From positions 1 to 48,063 of IMG/VR virus record IMGVR_UViG_3300020151_002484: a stretch of 48,063 nucleotides of DNA; one strand, written 5' to 3'. Below, one piece after another: positions 16,813 through 26,310 of the stretch. The first letter of the stretch is position 1; the number at the start of each line of letters is the position of its first letter. Source of the stretch: a virus (taxonomy: Duplodnaviria; Caudoviricetes). The notes beneath the pieces were generated by a model. That model was not told the origin of the DNA, searched no databases, and saw only the letters and a list, made by a program, of their open reading frames with translations. A program made the translations under genes and the position numbers.

Positions 16813-19407
16813 ATGTATCAAGCTCTATATTTCGATAAAGATGAAAAACAATATTATTTAAGAGACGATAGGTGGACTGGATTTAAAACTGTTAAATACT
16901 GGCCTACTTTATACCAAGCTGATCCTGATGGTGAATTTGAAACATTAGAAGGTACTAAGGTAACACCAATCAAAAAGATGGATGATTGGAAAGATCCTAA
17001 GTATTATGAAAAAGATGTTGATAAATTAACTCGTTTTTTAGTAGACCACTATTATGAAACAGATGACACTCCTAAATCTCACAACATTGTTTATCTAGAT
17101 ATTGAGTGTGTTGTTGCTGGAGCACTAACTGAGGAAAACATTAAAGATCCTAAGGGTGAAATAACAGCTGTTGCTTTATATGATCATAACTCTAAAAAAT
17201 ACTACTGTATGATTTTAGATAAAGACAAAGCACTTAAGGATATTAAAGGAGAAAATAAAGAAGTTATACCTTATTCTACTGAAAAAGAATTATTACATGG
17301 GTTCTTAGATAAATGGTATGAACTTGATCCTACTATTATTACAGGTTGGAATAGTGGTTTCTTTGATATTCCTTATTTATATTATCGTATTAAGAAAGTA
17401 TTAGGTGAAACAATAGCTGCTACTTTATCTCCTATTAATAAAATTAAATTTACACCTCAATTTGCAGACCAACCAGTTAATTTAGGAGGTATTAATCATC
17501 TTGACTATATGCTTTTATTTAAAAAGTATATTATGAAACAAGAACCATCCTATCGTTTAGGTGATATAGGTAAAAAATATGCTAAATTAGAAAAGATAGA
17601 ATATCAAGGTTCACTTGATAAATTATTTAAAGAAGATCCTAATACATTTATTGAGTATAATTTACGAGATGTAGAGATTATTGTTGAACTTGAAAACAGA
17701 ATGAAGTTTATTGAGTTAACAGTTACAATTGGTCATCTATGTCATACAGAATATGAAGCTATCTATTATTCAACTATGTTGAATGAAGGTGCTATTTTAA
17801 CTTATCTAAAACGTAAAGGTATTATTTCACCTAATAAACCTACTACTTATAATCCAGCATTAAGAACATTAGAGGAAGAATATGCTGGTGGTTATCTAAA
17901 AGATCCTGTACCTGGTTTATATGAGTGGGTTATTGATTTAGATTTTACATCACTGTATCCTTCTATTATTAGATCACTTAATATGGGTATTGAAACATTG
18001 GTAGGTAGAATTGTAAATAAAGATAAATATGACAACCAATGGTCACTTCAGGAACTTAAATCAATGAATCCTGATAAAATTATCTATATTGAAAAAGTTA
18101 GAAAAGATAGAACATTAGCTCGTTCTGAAATAACTGTAAGTGAAATTATCAATATTATTGAAAAAAACAATTTAATTGTATCTGCTCCTGGTGTGTTGTT
18201 TAGGAAAGATAAATCAAGTGTGGTTTGTGAAATCTTAGCTGACTGGTTTGCTAAACGACAGGAATATAAAAAACTAATGAAAAAAGCATATAAGGTAGAT
18301 AATGATCCTGTTATGGGTGCCTTTTATGATAGACGCCAACACGCCTATAAAATTAAATTAAATGATGTTTATGGTGTGTTTGCTCAAAATGGTTGGAGAT
18401 ACACAGATGGAAATAAATTCATTAGTAAAGCCATCACTTTATCAGGTCAAAGACTATTACAAGAAAGTATTAGGAATATGAATGAATACCTAAATAAAGA
18501 ATTAGGTAATGAAATTCCTAAAGACTATATTGTCACTAGTGATACTGACTCACTATTCATTCAATGTAAAGATTTGCTTATAGCAAGACATCCAGATATT
18601 GATTTTAATGATAGAGAAGATGTTATTAATAAGATATTAGTTATAGCTAATGAGTTGCAAAAAATGGCTAATGATTTTATTGGTAACTTTGCTAAAACTG
18701 CTTTTAATTTAGGAGATAAAGCAACTCACTATTTTGAGTTAAAACAAGAAGTTGTACTAGATAGAGGTTATTTTGCAGGTAAGAGGAGATACGCCCAACA
18801 TATTGTTAACAAGGAAGGTGTACCTGTAGATGAGTTGGATGTTAAAGGTTTGGATCTAATGAAATCTAATTTCCCACCATTATTTAGAAAGTTTGGGGAA
18901 AACATTATTAATGAAATTATGTTTGGTAAACCTAAAACTGATATTGATAAACAAATATTAGATTTTAGAACTGAACTAAGAACTATTGATTGGAGGAAAA
19001 TTCTTAAACCTACTGGTTTAAAGAAAATGAGTGAGTATTTAGCTTCTCCTCCACGTGCTGGTGAGGTATTTTCTAAATTAGGATCAAAATGTCCTATTAA
19101 TACTAAAGCAGCTATATTTTATAATGACATTCTGAAATTTAAAAATTTAGATAAAAAATATCCAACATTTCAAATAGGTGATAAAATGTATATTGCTTAT
19201 TTAAAAGATAATCCATATCGAATTGATGTTGTTGGTTTTAATGGGTTTAATGACCCACCTGAACTAATGGAGTTTATAGAAAAATATATTGATAGAGATG
19301 GTTTGTTTGATTCAGTTTTGAAAAACAAATTAGAATCATTATATTCAGATTTAGGATGGGGTGCAGTAGTACTTAATCACAATATTAATAAATTTTTTAA
19401 ATTTTAA
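16813..19407 (+). CDS. Family B DNA polymerase with 3'-5' exonuclease
   Basis: ExoI LDIE, ExoII GWNSGFFD, ExoIII YNLRD. Polymerase motifs DFTSLYPSII, KIKLNDVYG, SDTDS, KRRY. Confidence 0.97.
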   Translation: MYQALYFDKDEKQYYLRDDRWTGFKTVKYWPTLYQADPDGEFETLEGTKVTPIKKMDDWKDPKYYEKDVDKLTRFLVDHYYETDDTPKSHNIVYLDIECVVAGALTEENIKDPKGEITAVALYDHNSKKYYCMILDKDKALKDIKGENKEVIPYSTEKELLHGFLDKWYELDPTIITGWNSGFFDIPYLYYRIKKVLGETIAATLSPINKIKFTPQFADQPVNLGGINHLDYMLLFKKYIMKQEPSYRLGDIGKKYAKLEKIEYQGSLDKLFKEDPNTFIEYNLRDVEIIVELENRMKFIELTVTIGHLCHTEYEAIYYSTMLNEGAILTYLKRKGIISPNKPTTYNPALRTLEEEYAGGYLKDPVPGLYEWVIDLDFTSLYPSIIRSLNMGIETLVGRIVNKDKYDNQWSLQELKSMNPDKIIYIEKVRKDRTLARSEITVSEIINIIEKNNLIVSAPGVLFRKDKSSVVCEILADWFAKRQEYKKLMKKAYKVDNDPVMGAFYDRRQHAYKIKLNDVYGVFAQNGWRYTDGNKFISKAITLSGQRLLQESIRNMNEYLNKELGNEIPKDYIVTSDTDSLFIQCKDLLIARHPDIDFNDREDVINKILVIANELQKMANDFIGNFAKTAFNLGDKATHYFELKQEVVLDRGYFAGKRRYAQHIVNKEGVPVDELDVKGLDLMKSNFPPLFRKFGENIINEIMFGKPKTDIDKQILDFRTELRTIDWRKILKPTGLKKMSEYLASPPRAGEVFSKLGSKCPINTKAAIFYNDILKFKNLDKKYPTFQIGDKMYIAYLKDNPYRIDVVGFNGFNDPPELMEFIEKYIDRDGLFDSVLKNKLESLYSDLGWGAVVLNHNINKFFKF

Positions 19408-19427
19408 ATATATATAATAAATAAGTT

Positions 19428-20168
19428 ATGATTAATAAAGCAGATTTAGTTTCGATTATTTCCAAGTATTACTTGAATGGAATGAATGAACGAGTTAAAT
19501 GGGACATTCAAGATAACAAATTAACCATTAAATTCAATTCTCCAGACAATTCAATGATTGGAACAGTAACATGTGATAACTTTGAATTAGAAGATTCACA
19601 AGTAGCTATTAGTAATACATCTCAATTACTTAAATTATTAGCTATTACAAATGGTTATTTAGAATTAAGTTATATAAAACAACATAAACTAATTACTAAA
19701 CTTATTGTAGCAGATAATCAATTTACTCTAAACTATGCTTTAGCTGATAATATGATTATTCCTAAAGCAGGAGAATATATTGGTGATGGTGTATATAATA
19801 TTGAAGCTACGTTAGATAACGAGAGTATAAACGCTATAATCAAGGCCAAATCTGCACTCGCCGATACTGATACTGTTGTATTTAAACCGTTTATAAACGC
19901 TGATAGTGATTTGCAATTAGAAATGTTGTTTGGAGGAAATATTGAATACTCAAATAAAGTATCTTTTTACCTACCTGACATTACTACTAACAATTTACCT
20001 AATGAATTCAAAGCTCATTATAATTCTAACTTGATTAAAGAAATCATGTATTGTAATAAAGATGTAGCTAATTGTGTTATGGGAATTAATTTAGAAGGAA
20101 TTATGAGACTTGCTTTTGATAACGGAAGTATTAAAAGTGAATACTATGTGATTGCTAAAGAGTTATAA
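19428..20168 (+). CDS. Sliding clamp (gp45/PCNA-like), putative
   Basis: 246 aa, directly after polB, beta-rich two-domain pattern, C-terminal SEYYVIA. A clamp loader is encoded nearby. Confidence 0.65.
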   Translation: MINKADLVSIISKYYLNGMNERVKWDIQDNKLTIKFNSPDNSMIGTVTCDNFELEDSQVAISNTSQLLKLLAITNGYLELSYIKQHKLITKLIVADNQFTLNYALADNMIIPKAGEYIGDGVYNIEATLDNESINAIIKAKSALADTDTVVFKPFINADSDLQLEMLFGGNIEYSNKVSFYLPDITTNNLPNEFKAHYNSNLIKEIMYCNKDVANCVMGINLEGIMRLAFDNGSIKSEYYVIAKEL

Positions 20169-20169
20169 T

Positions 20170-20385
20170 ATGAGTATTCCATTAATTACTATTAAAGATG
20201 ATTTATATCATGTTATTAGAGTAATTCCTGAACATACAGGAATTGATACTAATTTATTTAGAGGTTATACAAATACAACAAATGTATTTAGAAAAGACGG
20301 AATGTTTTGGTTTGTTCGTTTAATAGAGGAGGCTCAAATTATTGAAGATGAACAACCACTTATTGAAGAAAGTTTGGAATCTTAA
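20170..20385 (+). CDS. Hypothetical protein
   Basis: ATG 20170 (MSIPLITIKDD), 1 nt after the clamp stop. Confidence 0.65.
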   Translation: MSIPLITIKDDLYHVIRVIPEHTGIDTNLFRGYTNTTNVFRKDGMFWFVRLIEEAQIIEDEQPLIEESLES

Positions 20386-20402
20386 AAGAAAAATGTTATA
20401 TT
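20373..20402 (+). promoter_or_regulatory. Conserved promoter YTWGG-N19-TATATT heading the groES-groEL unit
   Basis: TTTGG(20373-20377), 19 nt, TATATT(20397-20402). ATG at 20411. Confidence 0.75.
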
Positions 20403-20410
20403 AACATTAT

Positions 20411-20704
20411 ATGACTACCGAAAAAGAATATACCCGTTTTATTAATGATCCTATTATGGAACCTTATTTCATTTCAATGGACGACAATTGTATGACTGTA
20501 AATATTAAAATTACTCCTGACACTCGCTATAGTGATTCAGGTAAAGATTATAACAAAATTGTAGGCCATTACAGCAATTTAGGAAGTGCCTTAAAATCAA
20601 TTGCTAAGGACAAAACAAATAGTAAATCATATGATTCATTACAAGAGTATATTACTGAATATACTAGTATAGTTGAGTCATTCAATCAAAAATTTAATTT
20701 TTAA
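20411..20704 (+). CDS. Hypothetical protein
   Basis: 97-aa ORF between the promoter and groES. Confidence 0.7.
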   Translation: MTTEKEYTRFINDPIMEPYFISMDDNCMTVNIKITPDTRYSDSGKDYNKIVGHYSNLGSALKSIAKDKTNSKSYDSLQEYITEYTSIVESFNQKFNF

Positions 20705-20707
20705 ATT

Positions 20708-21001
20708 ATGAAATTAGAAGCATTATATAACGCAGTTATTGTAAAACCTATGGAGGCTGAAGAAACTTCATATGGTGGTATTATTGTTCCCGATTTGGGA
20801 AATGAAAAAAACAAACTTGGAAAAGTAGTAACAGTAGGTAAAGGATACTATTCAGTGACCGGAACTTGGATTGATACTGTTATTCAAGAAGGAGATATTG
20901 TAGTGTTACCTACAATGGGTTTTTCTAAATTAGAACATGAAGGTGAAGAATACTGGATTGGTCCTGAGAATCAAGTTTTAGCAAAAGTAAATAAAGATTA
21001 A
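20708..21001 (+). CDS. groES: Co-chaperonin GroES
   Basis: Mobile loop EETSYGGIIVPD, GKVVTVGKG, GDIV. Directly upstream of groEL. Confidence 0.93.
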   Translation: MKLEALYNAVIVKPMEAEETSYGGIIVPDLGNEKNKLGKVVTVGKGYYSVTGTWIDTVIQEGDIVVLPTMGFSKLEHEGEEYWIGPENQVLAKVNKD

Positions 21002-21002
21002 T

Positions 21003-22616
21003 ATGAGCAAAATTATAGAATTCGGCCCTGAGGCAAGGAAAAAAATGATCGATGGTATCGATAAATTAGCAAATGCTGTAACAGCAACACTTGGTCCTAA
21101 TGGACGTAATGTGGTTATTGCAAATGGAGGTATTCCTCAATCAACTAAAGATGGTGTCACAGTAGCTAAGTCAATTACATTAGAAGATCCAATTGAAGAA
21201 TTAGGTGTTCAATTAGTTAAACAAGCTGCTATTAAAACCGCTGAAAATGCTGGTGATGGTACTACAACATCAACTTTGTTAGCTCGTGAGATGGCTAAAC
21301 AAGGTCTTAAGTATCTTAACAATGGTGAGAATGCAGTTGAAATTAAACGCAGTATTGATAAAGCAGTAAAAGAAGTAGTTAATTATCTTCATGATAATAT
21401 TAAAGAAGATATTTCATCTGAAGCTCAACTTAAACAAATTGCCACTATCTCAGCTAATAATGATCCTGAAGTAGGTGAATTAATTGCTACAGCGATGGAA
21501 AAAGTAGGTCGTGAGGGTGTTGTGTTTATTGAAGAATCTAAAAATGGAGAAACATATCTTGAAACAGTAGAAGGTATGCAGTTTGATAGAGGTTATAAAT
21601 CACCTTATTTTGTAACTGATAATAACACTATGAGTACTACTATCAATGATCCTTATATTTTGATTGCTGATAAGAAGTTTACTACTGTAAAAGAATTGTT
21701 ACCTATTTTAGAAGCTGTATCTAACCAAAATAAACCATTGGTTATTATTGCTGAAGATGTAGATGGTGAAGCATTAGCTACTTTAATTGTAAACAAAGCA
21801 AGAGGTATTTTGAAAACAGTTGCTATTAAAGCTCCTGATTTTGGAGATCGTCGTAAATTGTTGCTTGAAGACATTGCTATCATGACAGGTGGACAAGTAT
21901 TCAGTACTGAAAAAGGTATGAAACTTGATAAATTTAGTTGGGATTGGTTTGGTCAAGCACGTGTAATTACAGTAAATAAAGATCAAACAACTATTGTTGA
22001 TGGTAATGGTGATTCAGATAAAATCACAAACCGTATTGAAGAATTGCAATCCCAAATTGATAAAGCACAATCTCCTTATGAACGTGAAAAATTACAAGAA
22101 CGTTTAGCTAAATTTATTGGTGGTGTAGCAATTGTGCATGTAGGTGGATTTACTGAATCAGAAATGAAGGAAAAGAAAGACCGTGTTGATGATGCTTTAC
22201 AAGCTACTAAAGCTGCTTTAGAAGAAGGAATTGTACCTGGTGGTGGAATGGCTTTGCTACATGCTAGAAATGGAATTACTGATGTTAACAGCATTGGTGG
22301 TAGGATTGTTTATAATGCCTGTGCTGAACCATTTAAGAAAATTTTATCTAATGCTGGCTATGAATTAGAAGATATCTATAATGCCTTGTCTGGAGCAACG
22401 GGAGGTGATTATTGGTATGGATTTAATTTAATGGAAGAAGATTTTGATGATATGAGAGAATTAGGTATCATTGATCCATCTAAAGTAACTCGTACTGCAC
22501 TTGAAAATGCTGCTTCAGTAGCAGGTACTATTTTATTAACAGAAGCTGTTGTAGTTGACAAGCCCGAAGAAAACAAGAATGATGATGGGCTTGGAGGTAT
22601 GATGGGAATGATGTAA
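21003..22616 (+). CDS. groEL: Chaperonin GroEL
   Basis: [40 protein letters not shown] tail. Confidence 0.98.
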   Translation: MSKIIEFGPEARKKMIDGIDKLANAVTATLGPNGRNVVIANGGIPQSTKDGVTVAKSITLEDPIEELGVQLVKQAAIKTAENAGDGTTTSTLLAREMAKQGLKYLNNGENAVEIKRSIDKAVKEVVNYLHDNIKEDISSEAQLKQIATISANNDPEVGELIATAMEKVGREGVVFIEESKNGETYLETVEGMQFDRGYKSPYFVTDNNTMSTTINDPYILIADKKFTTVKELLPILEAVSNQNKPLVIIAEDVDGEALATLIVNKARGILKTVAIKAPDFGDRRKLLLEDIAIMTGGQVFSTEKGMKLDKFSWDWFGQARVITVNKDQTTIVDGNGDSDKITNRIEELQSQIDKAQSPYEREKLQERLAKFIGGVAIVHVGGFTESEMKEKKDRVDDALQATKAALEEGIVPGGGMALLHARNGITDVNSIGGRIVYNACAEPFKKILSNAGYELEDIYNALSGATGGDYWYGFNLMEEDFDDMRELGIIDPSKVTRTALENAASVAGTILLTEAVVVDKPEENKNDDGLGGMMGMM

Positions 22617-22626
22617 ATTTAACAAC

Positions 22627-22830
22627 ATGCAAGACGCAGTAGACTTAATAGGAAAAACCATTTATATAGGTGCTATAGAGTATACAATTGTAAAAGTATA
22701 TTTTGTACCTGATGCTGTTAGTGATGATCATAATCTATATTTTGGATTATCTAAACACAACGAAACTACAACAGTAAATTATCCTTATTATAGTCTACTG
22801 CCTTACATGAAAAAATCAATTAAGTTATGA
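22627..22830 (+). CDS. Hypothetical protein
   Basis: 67-aa ORF coupled to the next gene. Confidence 0.55.
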   Translation: MQDAVDLIGKTIYIGAIEYTIVKVYFVPDAVSDDHNLYFGLSKHNETTTVNYPYYSLLPYMKKSIKL

Positions 22831-23087
22831 GCAAAACAGAAATACAAGAAAAATTAATTGAAATCGCTTATCGTGTACCACCAGGTGATAACTGGAAGGT
22901 AAGTAATGTTAATGAGGTTCAAAAATCTATAACAGATGCCTTAGAAGCTTGGTATCAAATAGCTACAATTAAACCTAAAGCCTTCAGACTAGATTTGGAA
23001 AAGGGTAAATTATATGCTATATTAAATACAGAAGTGGAAATTAAAGAACCAGAACCTAAACGTTACAATATATATGGCGACTACTAA
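22827..23087 (+). CDS. Hypothetical protein
   Basis: 86-aa ORF with an AAGTTATG start context. Confidence 0.65.
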   Translation: MSKTEIQEKLIEIAYRVPPGDNWKVSNVNEVQKSITDALEAWYQIATIKPKAFRLDLEKGKLYAILNTEVEIKEPEPKRYNIYGDY

Positions 23088-24012
23088 ACAACATACATTA
23101 TGGGTTGAGAAATATCGTTCTCAAAATCTTTCTACATATGTAGGAAATGAACAAATTAAAGGTACTATCTCAAAGTACCTCGAACAGAATGATATTCAAA
23201 ATTTTATTTTCTACGGTCCTGCTGGTACCGGCAAAACTACTCTTGCTAAACTTATTGTTAATAATCTTAATTGCGATTATCTCTATATTAACGCTTCCGA
23301 TGAACGTGGTATTGATACTATTAGGGATAAGGTCCAGGGCTTCTCGTCTGTGGCATCATTTAAGCCTCTTAAAGTTGTTATCTTGGATGAAGCAGATTTT
23401 CTTACAATCCAAGCACAAGCATCATTAAGAAACATTATTGAGACATTTGCTCGTACTACAAGGTTTATCTTGACTTGTAATTACATTGAGCGTATTATTG
23501 ATCCTCTCCAATCACGCTGCCAGGTACTTAAAATTGTACCTCCATCTAAACAAGATATTGCTTACCATATCATAGACATTCTTAAAAAAGAAGATGTTGG
23601 AATGGGAGCTGATGATTTAAAGTTAGTTATTAATCAATTTTATCCTGACCTACGTAAAATGCTTAACACACTACAGATGGGTGTAACAGGCGATGAAGTA
23701 GTTATTGATAAAAACATATTAGTGTCTAGTAACTACAAAAATCAAATACTCATGGAATTATGCAAACCAACATCTAAATCGTTTAATAACATTAGACAGA
23801 TTATAGCTGATTCTGGTGCTAATGATTTTGAGGATCTATTTAGATTTTTATTTGATAATGTAGATAAATATGCTCCTACTAGCATAGGTGAAGTAATTAT
23901 TTATATTGAAGAATACCAATACCATTCCAACTTCAGGATTGATAAAGAAATAAACGCAATGGCTTTGCTTTCTAGAATTTTATCATTAATTTTAAGTAAA
24001 AGAGTAATATGA
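23074..24012 (+). CDS. Clamp loader AAA+ subunit (gp44 / RFC-small-like)
   Basis: LWVEKYR, GPAGTGKT, NASDERG, LDEAD, SRC motif. Confidence 0.95.
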   Translation: MATTKQHTLWVEKYRSQNLSTYVGNEQIKGTISKYLEQNDIQNFIFYGPAGTGKTTLAKLIVNNLNCDYLYINASDERGIDTIRDKVQGFSSVASFKPLKVVILDEADFLTIQAQASLRNIIETFARTTRFILTCNYIERIIDPLQSRCQVLKIVPPSKQDIAYHIIDILKKEDVGMGADDLKLVINQFYPDLRKMLNTLQMGVTGDEVVIDKNILVSSNYKNQILMELCKPTSKSFNNIRQIIADSGANDFEDLFRFLFDNVDKYAPTSIGEVIIYIEEYQYHSNFRIDKEINAMALLSRILSLILSKRVI

Positions 24013-24206
24013 AAAAATTCATCCACTTTTTTATACTTTGGGTAGCAAGTAACTTATCTATACCTTTTTGGATGGTAGGTCATGTTCACCTAACTATGAA
24101 TGTGTATGAAGATATAAAAGAAATAGCGGCATCATTAAGTATGAATTTATTAGTTGGTGTTGGATTTTATTTAGAATGGAAAAAACATAAAGAAAATGAA
24201 AAATAA
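24009..24206 (+). CDS. Small membrane protein
   Basis: Two hydrophobic segments. ATGA overlap with the preceding gene. Confidence 0.6.
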   Translation: MKKFIHFFILWVASNLSIPFWMVGHVHLTMNVYEDIKEIAASLSMNLLVGVGFYLEWKKHKENEK

Positions 24207-24438
24207 TCAAATGAACATTAATCTTGATTTGTCAAAGACAACATCAGTAGAGACTCCAACCGGTGGTAAAATTTGGAGTCAAGGAGTTATCATTCGTAAA
24301 GTATCTCGTTTTGTAGTAGGTGCTGATGAAGATGCTCTTATTCCAATCCCTGTATTTTATGATCGTGAAACCGGAGAAATTCTACTTGAAACATTGCCTA
24401 AAGAACTAAGAAAAGAATACGGCGGTGACGATATTTGA
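24196..24438 (+). CDS. Hypothetical protein
   Basis: 80-aa ORF between the clamp-loader genes. Confidence 0.7.
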   Translation: MKNNQMNINLDLSKTTSVETPTGGKIWSQGVIIRKVSRFVVGADEDALIPIPVFYDRETGEILLETLPKELRKEYGGDDI

Positions 24439-24844
24439 TTGGTTAAAAGAAATTACTACTAACAAAACGTCCTGGGTTTCTTTTACAGAGGATCAGCGAG
24501 AATCATTCAATTCTTACATGGTTCATAGATTTGTAAGTATGTATGAAGGATACACTGAGGTTGCAAATTTGGGCCAAAGAATCCCTTATCCTGATAAAGA
24601 AAAAACTTATAAATACTATTGCTCTATGTTACCTAAAAAGAATGTTTTCCTCAAGTACATTAAATCTTCTAAAAAGAAGCCTAGTAATTCATTGCTACAG
24701 TATGTAGCTAATTTTTATACAATATCATTAGGCGAGGCTGAAGATTATTTGTATATTCTTAAAAAAGAAGGAATAGAACATATTCTAGAAAAATCAGGAG
24801 TTGATGATAAGGAAATTAAAAAGTTATTAAAAGAAATCAAATGA
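24425..24844 (+). CDS. Clamp loader small subunit (gp62-like), putative
   Basis: GTG start. IFDWLKEI...FNSYMVHRFVSM...N...YY..LPKK..F.KYIK pattern, near the gp44-like gene. Confidence 0.65.
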   Translation: MTIFDWLKEITTNKTSWVSFTEDQRESFNSYMVHRFVSMYEGYTEVANLGQRIPYPDKEKTYKYYCSMLPKKNVFLKYIKSSKKKPSNSLLQYVANFYTISLGEAEDYLYILKKEGIEHILEKSGVDDKEIKKLLKEIK

Positions 24845-25104
24845 CAAAAAATAGTGATGTTTATGGAGTCACATTTGACACTCCAAACTTAAATACAAGA
24901 ACCATTCCTAAAACAGACTTAATTGTAGACTCAGTTATTGATGAGCATATTAAAAGAGCAGAAATGGGTAAAAACAAATATAATAATACTTTAGATAGAA
25001 CTGATTTATCTGTATTAGAATATTTACAACACGCCAAAGAAGAAGCAATGGATTTAGCTCTCTACTTAGAGAAAACAATTCAGATGCTGAACGGTAAAAA
25101 ATAA
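24841..25104 (+). CDS. MazG-like all-alpha nucleotide pyrophosphohydrolase, putative
   Basis: G..KY..TL.R.DL...LQHAKEEAMDLALYL containing an EExxD metal-binding helix. Confidence 0.5.
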   Translation: MTKNSDVYGVTFDTPNLNTRTIPKTDLIVDSVIDEHIKRAEMGKNKYNNTLDRTDLSVLEYLQHAKEEAMDLALYLEKTIQMLNGKK

Positions 25105-25107
25105 GTT

Positions 25108-26061
25108 TTGAGTAGAAAGAAAAAAATACCTGCAATTGTAAAACAAATCAAAAAACATACTCTAAAGGAAATTAATTACGCTACTGAAAAAGCAATTTCC
25201 TATAGTCAAATGTCTATGTTTTTGTCTTGCCCACGTAAATGGTCGTTACAATATAGAGACGGTTATTATACATCTGAACAGTCTATTCATATGACATTCG
25301 GAACTGCATTACATGAGGTTATACAACACTATATAACAACTATATATGATGTTAGTGGCGCTGAAGCGGACCGAATTAATATAGAAGAATATTTTGAAGA
25401 TCGATTTAGAGAAACATATTTAAAAGATTACAAATCTAATAAAAATGTTCATTTTTCTGATCCTGTTGAAATGAGAGAGTTTTATGAAGATGGATTAGCT
25501 ATTTTAGATTTTGTAAAGAAAAAACGAAGTGGGTATTTTGGTAAACGAGGATGGTTTTTAGTAGGCTGTGAAGTACCTCTATTACTTAATCCTCATCCTG
25601 AATTTAGAACTATTTTATATAAAGGATACTTGGATGTTGTTTTGTATCATGAACCAACAAATACTTTTAAAATTATAGATATTAAAACATCTAGAAGCGG
25701 TTGGGATGAAAAAACTAAAAAAGATGAAACCAAACAACTTCAATTAGTCCTTTATAAAAAGTTTTATAGTCAACAATTTGGGGTACCTGAAGACAATATT
25801 GAAATAGAATTTTTTATCGTTAAAAGAAAAATATGGGAAGAATCACCATTTCCTATATCTAGAATACAAGAATACACTCCAGCTAGTGGTAAAATCAAGA
25901 TGGGTAAAGCAACTAACACTATTAATTCATTTATAGAAGAAGTATTTAATCATGATGGTTCACATAAAAATAAAGTGTTTGAACCTAATCCTAGTAAATA
26001 TAGTTGTATGTATTGTCCTTTTAAAAATAAAAAGGAACTTTGTAACGCTAGTATATCTTAA
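25108..26061 (+). CDS. PD-(D/E)XK exonuclease, Cas4/AddB-like with probable Fe-S cluster
   Basis: ISYSQ...CP, GTALH, E...GYLD, IIDIKT, QLVLY and C-terminal CxxC-x8-C. TTG start. Confidence 0.88.
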   Translation: MSRKKKIPAIVKQIKKHTLKEINYATEKAISYSQMSMFLSCPRKWSLQYRDGYYTSEQSIHMTFGTALHEVIQHYITTIYDVSGAEADRINIEEYFEDRFRETYLKDYKSNKNVHFSDPVEMREFYEDGLAILDFVKKKRSGYFGKRGWFLVGCEVPLLLNPHPEFRTILYKGYLDVVLYHEPTNTFKIIDIKTSRSGWDEKTKKDETKQLQLVLYKKFYSQQFGVPEDNIEIEFFIVKRKIWEESPFPISRIQEYTPASGKIKMGKATNTINSFIEEVFNHDGSHKNKVFEPNPSKYSCMYCPFKNKKELCNASIS

Positions 26062-26081
26062 AGAATCCTAATATATTTATA
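26048..26081 (+). promoter_or_regulatory. Near-consensus promoter (CTAGT-N19-TATATT) overlapping a TATTTATA motif, heading the glycosylation island
   Basis: CTAGT 26048-26052, TATATT 26072-26077, TATTTATA 26074-26081. Confidence 0.5.
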
Positions 26082-26103
26082 TACGATATTAAAAATAAAA
26101 GCT

Positions 26104-26298
26104 ATGACAAATAAAAAGGATATGACTCTAACATCTGTAAAAGTACAGAGCGAGTTATTTGAAAGTTTTAAAATTGCTTGTGTTAAGTACAAATTTTCTC
26201 TACAAAAGCTTGCTGATCGCACTATTCATTTGTATCTTACTGATGAAGATTTTAGAAAAAAAGTACATTCACATAACAATTTAGAAGTTAAAGATTAA
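26104..26298 (+). CDS. Small putative ribbon-helix-helix DNA-binding protein
   Basis: Alternating strand LTSVKV followed by two short helices (ELFESFKIAC; SLQKLADRTIHLYL). Confidence 0.55.
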   Translation: MTNKKDMTLTSVKVQSELFESFKIACVKYKFSLQKLADRTIHLYLTDEDFRKKVHSHNNLEVKD

Positions 26299-26310
26299 AA
26301 TTAAAGTTAC

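Noticed and set aside
3822-19407. Inteins or introns in helicase, RNR or polymerase
   Set aside because: Lengths are ordinary, motifs are contiguous, and no intein termini or LAGLIDADG blocks were seen.
23147-23428. Alternative-frame + strand ORF of 93 aa
   Set aside because: Nested wholly within the clamp loader gene. Its Leu-rich sequence is typical of an off-frame reading.
25108-26061. CRISPR-Cas locus around the Cas4-like gene
   Set aside because: No repeat-spacer array and no cas1/cas2. Intergenic gaps are too short to hold an array.
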